A stretch of DNA of 20,000 nt from Kiritimatiellia bacterium (GTDB lineage Bacteria; Verrucomicrobiota; Kiritimatiellia; RFP12; JBMNHG01), in contig JBMNHG010000002.1 in the NCBI GenBank assembly GCA_050950285.1, positions 740,654 to 760,653 of the forward strand. Direction: 5' to 3'. Under the pieces are notes generated by a model. It was not told the origin of the DNA. It worked only from the letters and a program-made list of their open reading frames with translations, and did no database searches. Position 1 is the first letter of the stretch. The number at the start of each line of letters is the position of its first letter. Made by a program: the position numbers and the translations under genes. Below, piece after piece: positions 1-6,575 of this stretch.

Positions 1-194
1 TCGACCTTGACCCAGCCGCCACGGTCCCGCTCCAGATAATCCTCGTACCAGTCTCCGATGTCCTGCACTGCCGGGATATAGGTCAGCCTTAGCTCGAGCC
101 CGGACGAATCCTCGGCGGCCCCCGACGTGCCTGCGCACAGGGCGCCGGCCACCATAACGCCAACTACCAACTTCAGCTTCATGTTCATGTTCAT
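1..194 (-). CDS. Exported protein of unknown function, 5' part only (runs off window start)
   Basis: Hand translation from ATG at 194: MNMNMKLKLVVGVMVAGALCAGTSGAAEDSSGLELRLTYIPAVQDIGDWYEDYLERDRGGWVKV. Basic N-terminus, hydrophobic core and small-residue cleavage region resemble a signal peptide. GGAAAGGAA lies upstream. Alternative in-frame ATGs at 188 and 182. Absent from the ORF track because it is truncated. Confidence 0.75.
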   Translation of the reverse strand, partial: MNMNMKLKLVVGVMVAGALCAGTSGAAEDSSGLELRLTYIPAVQDIGDWYEDYLERDRGGWVKV

Positions 195-207
195 TACTGT
201 TTCCTTT

Positions 208-242
208 CCGCCCATGCCCCGCACTGCGCGCGGCATGGGCGG
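208..242. other. Intergenic GC-rich stem-loop
   Basis: CCGCCCATGCC (208-218) pairs perfectly with GGCATGGGCGG (232-242), then one mismatch, 3 more pairs and a 5-nt loop. Lies between two co-oriented minus-strand genes with no U-tract in the minus sense. Confidence 0.7.
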
Positions 243-254
243 GGCGTTTCCTCT

Positions 255-776
255 CTAGTCCAAAGCCACGGGTTTCATACGGTTCACGTACTCAACGGGA
301 ACCTGTTCCCGCAGCACAACGGTAAACCCGGAGTTGTCATGCCAGACCGAACCCTGTTGCGGAGCAAGCTCGGCATGCACATCTTCGGGGGCCAGCGTCC
401 ACATTCCGCCGGTCGCGGGGTCGACGATGAGCCAGCCGATCAGGCCGCCGAACACGAAGTTCCCGACGTACCATCCGCTGATTTTGCCGGTGATCGGGAC
501 TTCCCGCATCACGTAGCCGTCCTTCTCGAAGCGCACACGGTACTTCGCGGACGTGAAGAACCCCGCGCCTCTCTTGAGCATCATGGTGGTGGGCGTGCTC
601 CCGCCCCCGACGGCCTGGCCGCGCCAGTCCAATACCGTGACCTTGGCCCCATCGGGCATCGATCGAAGCGAAACCATCTGGCTGCCGCCGTTTATGATTG
701 ACGCGCATGATGTCGTGAAAACGACAAGCGCAATCGACATCGTCATTTGTGCCACGAAAGAACGAAACTCTTTCAT
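255..776 (-). CDS. Putative lipoprotein with PEGA-like domain and C-terminal Gly-rich hydrophobic segment (173 aa)
   Basis: Start taken at MKEFRS (776) after GGAAGGAAG. Lipoprotein-like signal ...ALVVFTTS-C-ASIING, PEGA-like VSLRSMPDGAKVTV...YRVRFEKDGY, and a family-typical GWYVGNFVFGGLIGWLIVDPATGGMW motif. The ORF-track extension to 905 crosses AT-rich promoter DNA. Confidence 0.8.
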   Translation of the reverse strand: MKEFRSFVAQMTMSIALVVFTTSCASIINGGSQMVSLRSMPDGAKVTVLDWRGQAVGGGSTPTTMMLKRGAGFFTSAKYRVRFEKDGYVMREVPITGKISGWYVGNFVFGGLIGWLIVDPATGGMWTLAPEDVHAELAPQQGSVWHDNSGFTVVLREQVPVEYVNRMKPVALD

Positions 777-855
777 GTTTGTTTGCTTCCTTCCTGCGAA
801 TTGCTGCGTTGTTTGATGCCTGTCCGACTGCTTCACACGTTGCAAAGCGGTGCTC

Positions 856-925
856 ATTTTATTATCTTTCGAAACCGCGCGTTTGGAGATGTGGAGATGA
901 ATCATTTGCGAATGTCGCTATGCTT
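856..925 (-). promoter_or_regulatory. Putative activator-dependent promoter A (-10 TAAAAT at 856-861; conserved upstream element 887-925)
   Basis: AT-rich intergenic region upstream of the lipoprotein gene. Positions 887-925 match 2510-2548 at 31/39 without gaps, and the -10-like hexamers align at the same offset (1623 bp). Confidence 0.55.
887..925. repeat. Degenerate direct repeat, copy 1 (copy 2 at 2510-2548); overlaps the last codons and stop of the XylR-type gene
   Basis: AGATGTGGAGATGAATCATTTGCGAATGTCGCTATGCTT vs AGATATGGGGGTAAATAATTTGCAAATGTCGTTATGTTT; 8 mismatches, 7 of them transitions (hand alignment). Confidence 0.8.
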
Positions 926-2071
926 TCGCCAGTCGCTCATGGTCATGCCCGTGGCGCGGCGGAAGTCGCGGCAGAGTTCGGCCAGGGAGCCATACCCGCA
1001 GAAATCGGGGAGCGCCGCAAGCTCCTGCCGGGGATTGGCGAGCATCTCCTTCACGCGCGCGATGCGCACGGCGCGGATTTCCTCGAATATCGGGTGACCC
1101 ACCGTTGCCGTGAAGAGGAGGTCCGCGTGGCGCCGGCTCACGCCCATGGCCTGGGCGACTTGCGCCGACGTGACCTTCGAACAGGCTTCGCGGCGGATTT
1201 TTTCCAGCGCGGCGGAAATCCGCCGGTCGTGGCAGCGCCGGGTCGAGGCGCGGCGCACGAGCGTCCAGACGCCAAAGGTCCTGGACGATGGCTTGGACGC
1301 CGGATGCGCCATCCGGTCGGCCAGGAGCTGCGCCGCCAGGCGTCCGGAGGCCAGGTAGTCGATCGCGACGCTGGACAGCGTGACCGACGTGTTTTCGCAG
1401 ATCTCGACGTCGTTGTCCACGCCGACCACGGCGATGTCGCCCGGCACGTCGATCCCGGCCGCCTCGCAGGCGACGAGAGCCTCCCGCGCGACATCGTCGT
1501 TGACCGCCAGGACGCCGCAGGGCCGGGGCAGCCGCTTCAATTGCTCCGCCAAGGACTGGACCAGCTTCGTCCACGGCACGTTCTCCAGAAGATGGAACCG
1601 CTTGCCGTTTTGGCGCACGATCCGGGCGAACTCCTCGCCGCGGCGCTGGTTCCAGCGCGCGTCTTCGGGATACGGGATGAACGCGAAATCGTCGATCCCG
1701 GACGCCATCAGCTCGCGGGCCGCAGCCCGGGCGATGGACGCCGCATCGCTGTACACCAATCCCCCCCCCCCCCCCAGTTCCGGATCGCAGTCGAGCAGCA
1801 CGACGGGAAGCGTTCCGAACGCCTCGAGATCGAGCGTCGGGGCGCGTCCGGCGCACTCGACGATGGCGCCGTCGGGGCGCCAGAAATCGACGACCCAGGC
1901 GACATCGACCGGCTCCGCTCCATTGTTCGGACGCCGTTTTTCGCGCGCCATCCCGTATTCGACCACCTGCACGTTCCATCCCGCCTCCCGGGCATGCTGC
2001 GCCACCCCGTCGCGGGACAGGCTGGTCGGATACGTGAACGACGCCTTGAACAGCAGGATCCGCTTTTTCAT
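902..2071 (-). CDS. XylR-type transcriptional regulator (LacI/periplasmic-binding-like ligand domain + C-terminal AraC HTH), 389 aa
   Basis: Start MKKRILL at 2071 after GGGAGGAG. Motifs LPRPCGVLAVNDDVA, VPGDIAVVGVDNDVEICE, LSSVAID and LVRRAST, then an AraC-type HTH region (VAQAMGVSRRHADLLF...CGYGSLAELCRDFRRATGMT). Size and architecture match the E. coli XylR type. Confidence 0.92.
   Translation of the reverse strand: MKKRILLFKASFTYPTSLSRDGVAQHAREAGWNVQVVEYGMAREKRRPNNGAEPVDVAWVVDFWRPDGAIVECAGRAPTLDLEAFGTLPVVLLDCDPELGGGGGLVYSDAASIARAAARELMASGIDDFAFIPYPEDARWNQRRGEEFARIVRQNGKRFHLLENVPWTKLVQSLAEQLKRLPRPCGVLAVNDDVAREALVACEAAGIDVPGDIAVVGVDNDVEICENTSVTLSSVAIDYLASGRLAAQLLADRMAHPASKPSSRTFGVWTLVRRASTRRCHDRRISAALEKIRREACSKVTSAQVAQAMGVSRRHADLLFTATVGHPIFEEIRAVRIARVKEMLANPRQELAALPDFCGYGSLAELCRDFRRATGMTMSDWRKHSDIRK
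1761..1775. repeat. C15 (G15 on the coding strand) homopolymer inside the regulator CDS
   Basis: Reads ...ccaat CCCCCCCCCCCCCCC agttc...; encodes L-GGGGG-L in frame. The other C/G runs noticed in the window are about 7 nt. Confidence 0.95.
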
Positions 2072-2136
2072 CTCCTCCCGACTATGAAACGAACGGCGAA
2101 GATCGATCAGAGGCCAACACGGGGTGGCGTCTTGGT

Positions 2137-2457
2137 TCACCGTGAATTGGACGGCGGCTCTGTCTTGTTCTTTCTCCTGGGTATGGCCAATACGCCGACA
2201 ATCACGGATCCGACCAGGGCGGGGAGGACTTCGAACGTGATGATGTATTGGATGTCGGGCATCTTCCGCAACATGTCTCTCTCGAAGTCGATCATGGAGC
2301 CGGATGAAAGCCAACGGTACAGGCCGAAGCCCAGGAAGACGGCCAATACCCCACCCAGAACCGCAAAGCCCACGACGGCGCCTGCCGTCTTGCCGCGGGC
2401 TCTTGCAGTGATCCCCCATGCGATGGCTGCGACAAAAAACAACGCGACGATGTGCAT
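2137..2457 (-). CDS. Small membrane protein, about 3 hydrophobic segments (106 aa)
   Basis: AAGGAG SD 5 nt before the ATG. Hydrophobic stretches IVALFFVAAIAWGI, AVVGFAVLGGVLAVFLGFGLY and VLPALVGSVIVGVLAI, followed by basic RRKNK. Confidence 0.75.
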   Translation of the reverse strand: MHIVALFFVAAIAWGITARARGKTAGAVVGFAVLGGVLAVFLGFGLYRWLSSGSMIDFERDMLRKMPDIQYIITFEVLPALVGSVIVGVLAIPRRKNKTEPPSNSR

Positions 2458-2478
2458 ATGAACTCCTTTTTATATTTT

Positions 2479-2548
2479 AGAGTACCACCCTCAAGAATTG
2501 CGTGTTGACAGATATGGGGGTAAATAATTTGCAAATGTCGTTATGTTT
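2479..2548 (-). promoter_or_regulatory. Putative activator-dependent promoter B (extended -10 TGgTACTCT at 2479-2487; conserved upstream element 2510-2548)
   Basis: AT-rich region upstream of the membrane-protein gene; homologous to promoter A with identical spacing between the element and the -10. Confidence 0.55.
2510..2548. repeat. Degenerate direct repeat, copy 2 (copy 1 at 887-925)
   Basis: 31/39 ungapped identity with 887-925; weaker similarity continues over 2496-2506 vs 873-883. Confidence 0.8.
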
Positions 2549-2622
2549 CTTTCGAGGAGCGCAGGGGGGCGGTGGGGCCCGAGGCCACGGCTATTTACGG
2601 GCGGCGCATGGAGAAGGGGGTG

Positions 2623-3522
2623 CTACGGCCCCAGCTTGACGGCGTCGCGGGCGCAGGAGCGCAGGAAGAGCGCGTCTTGCCGGCCGATGTCGGAGGGGAT
2701 GTAGGCGGACTCGGGGATGTCGTCGAGGCCGAAGAGGGCGAGGAACCAGACGCAGGCCTGGAGGTATTCGCCGCGGCGGTTGAGGTGGATGGTGTCCATC
2801 GAGAGGATCAGCTCGCGCGTTGCGTGGTCCTGCGTCCATCCGTTGTATCGGCCCACGACGTCGCCCGCCTGCGACGGGAGGTCCGGCGGACGGAGGAGGG
2901 CGAGCTCTTCCGGAGTGGGGACGGCGAAGGGGCGGGGGTCTCGTTCGCGGGTGAGCTGCACGGCGCGTCCGGTGGGGATGACGGGGGCGTCGAAGCGGGC
3001 CGCGAGGTCGGCGTAGGCGGCGGTGAGGCGCTTGTGCATTTCGGCCTGGTCGATCGCCCAGTCGCCTTCGCCGCGCAGGCGTCCGTCGTCGGCGCGGTAG
3101 GCCCAGGTCTGTTGGATCCAGACGGCTGCCGACGGCGCATGTTCGCGGATGTAGGCGACGAGATTGTCCGCGTAGGGCTGGTAGGTTTCGGGCTTCCAGC
3201 TGAAGTGGCTGGCCTGCTGGATGGTGATGATGTCCCAGTCGCCCTTTTGGATCAGTTCGTTCAAGCTGGCCTTGCGCCTGGAGACCGCGATGTCGCGCGT
3301 AGGCGTGACCATCCAGGTTGTCGCGTCGTACTGGCGGGCTTCGGGCTCGGCTTCGGACTCTTGGACGTTCGCCCAGTGGGTCTCGAGCGAGCATCCGCCG
3401 ATGTAGGCGCTGGTGAGGGCGATGTCGTATCCGGGGATGGAGGCGACGAGGGGGGGCAGGTCCTTTCCGACGCAGATGGAAAAGCTGTTGCCGATCATGA
3501 GGACGCGGAGGAGTGTGGTCAT
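2623..3522 (-). CDS. SGNH/GDSL-fold hydrolase, DUF4886-like
   Basis: Block I-like RVLMIGNSFS, AYIGGCSLETHW, WDIITIQQAS, QQTWAY and C-terminal DTIH (DxxH). Start at ATG 3522; an alternative GTG at 3567 overlaps the dapB stop. Confidence 0.8.
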   Translation of the reverse strand: MTTLLRVLMIGNSFSICVGKDLPPLVASIPGYDIALTSAYIGGCSLETHWANVQESEAEPEARQYDATTWMVTPTRDIAVSRRKASLNELIQKGDWDIITIQQASHFSWKPETYQPYADNLVAYIREHAPSAAVWIQQTWAYRADDGRLRGEGDWAIDQAEMHKRLTAAYADLAARFDAPVIPTGRAVQLTRERDPRPFAVPTPEELALLRPPDLPSQAGDVVGRYNGWTQDHATRELILSMDTIHLNRRGEYLQACVWFLALFGLDDIPESAYIPSDIGRQDALFLRSCARDAVKLGP

Positions 3523-3563
3523 GGGGGGAACCTTTGGGGTTGGGGGATGGGAGGTTGCGCGCG

Positions 3564-4364
3564 TCACGGAAGCCGGAGCACTTCGGCCATCGCGTAGATG
3601 CGCGGGGGACGGTTGGCCACCCAGGCGGCGGCGCGCAGCGCGCCGCGGGCGAAGGCGGCGCGGTCGCTTGCCTTGTGGGTGATTTCGATTCGTTCGCCTT
3701 CGGCCGCGAAGATCACCGTGTGGTCGCCCACCACGTCGCCGCCGCGCAGCGCGTGGATGGCGATCTGTCCGGCGGGGCGTTCGCCGACGACCCCCTGGCG
3801 ACCGTAGCAGGCGGCCTCATCCAGGGCGATGCCGCGCCCTGCGGCGACGGCTTCGGCCAGGCCCAGCGCGGTGCCGCTGGGCGCGTCTTTCTTGTGGCGG
3901 TGGTGCATCTCGACGATTTCGACGTCGTAGGAGCCGTCGAGCAACGCCCCGGCCTGGCGCGCGAGCGAAAGCAGGAGGTTGACGCCGAGCGAGAAGTTCG
4001 GCGCCCAGACGACGGGGATCGTCTCCGCGGCCTTTTCCACGGCGGCCTTCTCCCCGGGCGAGAGGGCGGTGGTGCCGAGCACGTAGCCTTTCGCGCCGGA
4101 GGCCAGCGCGGCGGCGAGGTTGCCGGGGGTGGCGGCGTGGAAGGTGAAGTCGATGGTCACGTCCGCAGGGGCCGCCTGCGCGGCGGTGGAGAGGGGGACG
4201 CCGATGGCGTCGATCCCGGCGAGCAGGCCGGCGTCGCGTCCAAGGGCGGGGTGGCCGTCCCGTTCGATCGCTGCGGCGATGCGGAGTTCCGGGAAGTCGC
4301 GCGAACACGCGACGAGCTTCTGTCCCATGCGCCCGGCGGCGCCCAGGATGGAGAGGGAAAGCAT
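3564..4364 (-). CDS. dapB: 4-hydroxy-tetrahydrodipicolinate reductase
   Basis: GAAGRMG Rossmann motif, APNFSLGVN, catalytic EMHHRHKKDAPSGTA, RGGDVVGDH, FARGA. Confidence 0.97.
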   Translation of the reverse strand: MLSLSILGAAGRMGQKLVACSRDFPELRIAAAIERDGHPALGRDAGLLAGIDAIGVPLSTAAQAAPADVTIDFTFHAATPGNLAAALASGAKGYVLGTTALSPGEKAAVEKAAETIPVVWAPNFSLGVNLLLSLARQAGALLDGSYDVEIVEMHHRHKKDAPSGTALGLAEAVAAGRGIALDEAACYGRQGVVGERPAGQIAIHALRGGDVVGDHTVIFAAEGERIEITHKASDRAAFARGALRAAAWVANRPPRIYAMAEVLRLP

Positions 4365-4395
4365 GGGGATATCCTCCTTCGAGAGAGCGGGGGCG

Positions 4396-5268
4396 CTACT
4401 TCAGCAGGCCGAGTTGCGTGGCGGTGGCGCGGATGCGGTCCCGGACGGCGGCGGAGGGCTCGCAGAGCGGGAGGCGGAAGGTTTCGCCGATGCGGCCCAT
4501 CATCGCGAGGAGCGTCTTCACGGGCACGGGGTTCGTGTCGATGAAGAGGTCGCGGAAGAGCGGGTAGCAGCGCGCGTGGAGGGCGGAGGCCTTCGCGAAG
4601 TCGCCTTCGAGCGCGGCGCGCACCATGTCGCCCACATCCTTCGGGATGACGTTCGAGGCGACGCTGATGAGGCCCGAGGCGCCCACGGAGAGCATCGGCA
4701 CGGCGAGCGAGTCGTCTCCGGACAGGACGGCGAGGTCGCAGGCGTCGCGGATGGCGCTCGCGCGATCCACGCTGCCGGCGGCTTCCTTGATGGCGACGAC
4801 GTTCGGATGCTTCGAGAGGCGCACCACGGTTTCGAGGGCGATTTCCCTCCCGCAGCGGCCGGGCACGTTGTAGAGCACCACCGGCAGGCCGAGGTCGGCC
4901 ACTGCGGCGAAGTGCCGGTACATGCCTTCGGCGTTCGGCTTGTTGTAGTAGGGGGCGACTTGAAGCGTGGCGTCGACGCCGGCATCCAGGATGTGCTTCG
5001 TGAGGGAAATGGCCTCGGCGGTGGAGTTCGCGCCCGTTCCGCCGATCACCTGCATGCGGCCGGCGACGTGCTCGGCGCATGCGCGGATGACGTCGATGTG
5101 TTCCGCATAGGTGAGGGTGGGGGACTCTCCGGTGGAGCCGACAGGGACGATGCCTTCGATTCCGGCGGCGGCCTGTTCGTCGATGAGGGCGCGGAATCGT
5201 CCGTAGTCGATGGAACCGTCCTGGTTGAAGGGGGTGACGATCGCGGTGTAGGTGCCTTGGAGTTTCAT
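4396..5268 (-). CDS. dapA: 4-hydroxy-tetrahydrodipicolinate synthase
   Basis: TAIVTPF, GSTGES, GTGANST, PYYNKP, LYNVPGR, Schiff-base IKEA, LSGDD, TNPVPVK; adjacent to dapB. Confidence 0.97.
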   Translation of the reverse strand: MKLQGTYTAIVTPFNQDGSIDYGRFRALIDEQAAAGIEGIVPVGSTGESPTLTYAEHIDVIRACAEHVAGRMQVIGGTGANSTAEAISLTKHILDAGVDATLQVAPYYNKPNAEGMYRHFAAVADLGLPVVLYNVPGRCGREIALETVVRLSKHPNVVAIKEAAGSVDRASAIRDACDLAVLSGDDSLAVPMLSVGASGLISVASNVIPKDVGDMVRAALEGDFAKASALHARCYPLFRDLFIDTNPVPVKTLLAMMGRIGETFRLPLCEPSAAVRDRIRATATQLGLLK

Positions 5269-5292
5269 GATGGGGGGGTGGGGGTGGGGACG

Positions 5293-6564
5293 TTAGGGGA
5301 ACTGGAATCCGCAATGGGCTTGCACTTGCGGGACGGGGAGGTCGCGCACGCCGGTCGAGAGCTCGGCGGCGAGGGCGGCTGCGGCACCGGCGGCCTGGCC
5401 GACGGCGGCGACGATGGGCTGGACGCGATAGGCACTCAGGGCCACGTGGGTGCCGCTGATGCACTTGCCCGCGACGAGGAGCCCTTCGACTCCGCGCGGG
5501 ACCAGTGCCCGGTAGGGGATGCCCGCGAGGACGCGGACATGCCGCGAGATGAGGGCTTCGCCCCAGAGGTCGAGGAAGTAGTCGCAGGTGGCGATGGAAT
5601 CGTCCGGGAAGCGGCCTTCCACGAGGTCGTGCTGGGTGATGACGTGTTCGCCCATCACGCGGCGGCACTCGCGCACGCCGATGCGCGGCGCGAAGTGCAG
5701 TTCAAAGCCTCTCGAGCGCAGTTCCTCCACATCGGGCTGGACCTTTTCCCAGGCGGCGCGCTGCGCCTCGGCGAGCGCGAAGGAGTCGCGGGTGTCGGCG
5801 CAATCGACCGTGGAACCCCAGTGGAGGTAGATGCCGCTGTCGCGTTGCCGGCATGGCCCGGGGTGTTCGTTCGCCCAGCCGAGGCCGGTGTCGACATAGC
5901 CGGCGCGGGTGGGCAGGGCGGTGGGCGGCGGCGGGCCGGGGCGCACGCGCTGGCTGATGTACATCCACGTGCAGGGCATCGTCTTCCCGTCGGCGGTTTC
6001 GGGCGCGTTCGATTCGCCGAACTCGGCGCGTGCGTCGCGTCCGTAGCGGGTCTCGCAACCGGCGAGTTCGGAGAGGCGTCCCACGCCCGTGGCGTCGATG
6101 GTGGTCTTCGCGCGCACCTCGAAGCGGCGTCCCGACGACGAACGCCCCGCCACGCCCAGCACGCGATGGCGCGCCGGCGCGTCATCGAGCAGCACTTCGT
6201 CCGCGGTTACGCCGCACACGAGGCGGATGTTGGGATGTTCCGCGAGCATCCGCAACGAGACTCCGATGTAGGCGGAGGGCATGTACCAGTATTCGCCGCG
6301 GATGCCGGCGTCGAAGTTTTCCACGCGGATGCCGTGGACGTCGTCGTCCGCGTTCAATCGCTCCACCGTCTCGCGATAGACGCCGTTGCGGGGGCCTCCG
6401 CAGAGGAACGAGACGAAGTTGTCCACCGGCGCGCCGCCCGGCATGGCGTCCTCCTCGAGGAGGACGACCCGCGCGCCTTGTCGTGCCGCCTGGATTGCGG
6501 CGGGGATGCCCGACGCGCCTGCGCCGGCCACCAGAACGTCCGTGTCGAGTTTCATCGTGTCCAT
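5293..6564 (-). CDS. FAD-dependent oxidoreductase (PF12831-like), 423 aa
   Basis: DVLVAGAGASGIPAAIQAARQGARVVLLEE, IDATGVG, GVRECRRVMGEHVIT, IPYRALVP, LLVAGKCISGTH, GQAAGAAAALA. Start at ATG 6564 after AAGGGG (alternative 6555). The ORF-track extension to 7647 overlaps nifS out of frame. Confidence 0.88.
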   Translation of the reverse strand: MDTMKLDTDVLVAGAGASGIPAAIQAARQGARVVLLEEDAMPGGAPVDNFVSFLCGGPRNGVYRETVERLNADDDVHGIRVENFDAGIRGEYWYMPSAYIGVSLRMLAEHPNIRLVCGVTADEVLLDDAPARHRVLGVAGRSSSGRRFEVRAKTTIDATGVGRLSELAGCETRYGRDARAEFGESNAPETADGKTMPCTWMYISQRVRPGPPPPTALPTRAGYVDTGLGWANEHPGPCRQRDSGIYLHWGSTVDCADTRDSFALAEAQRAAWEKVQPDVEELRSRGFELHFAPRIGVRECRRVMGEHVITQHDLVEGRFPDDSIATCDYFLDLWGEALISRHVRVLAGIPYRALVPRGVEGLLVAGKCISGTHVALSAYRVQPIVAAVGQAAGAAAALAAELSTGVRDLPVPQVQAHCGFQFP

Positions 6565-6575
6565 CCGGGGTCCCC

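Noticed and set aside
208..254. Hairpins after small accessory genes (208-242 and 2114-2135) as integron attC sites
   Set aside because: No RYYYAAC...GTTRRRY core pair in the right arrangement, the two hairpins do not resemble each other, and no integrase is in view.
918..1979. 353-aa alternative-frame ORF through the poly-G tract as a real second product
   Set aside because: Arg/Pro/Gly-rich composition typical of off-frame high-GC DNA; relevant only as the inactive product of a G13/G16 slip.
2072..2419. N-terminal extension of the regulator in the ORF track (505 aa)
   Set aside because: Overlaps the membrane gene out of frame; the ATG at 2071 has a purine-rich upstream element and gives the family-typical length.
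749..2461. 570-aa plus-strand ORF
   Set aside because: Antisense shadow of the XylR-type and membrane genes; no recognisable motifs; long stop-free frames are expected at this GC content.
2505..2530. Perfect TTGACA on the plus strand as a -35 box
   Set aside because: No -10 hexamer at 16-18 nt spacing (TAATTT is only 14 nt away), it would point antisense into the SGNH gene, and it is not conserved in the other repeat copy.
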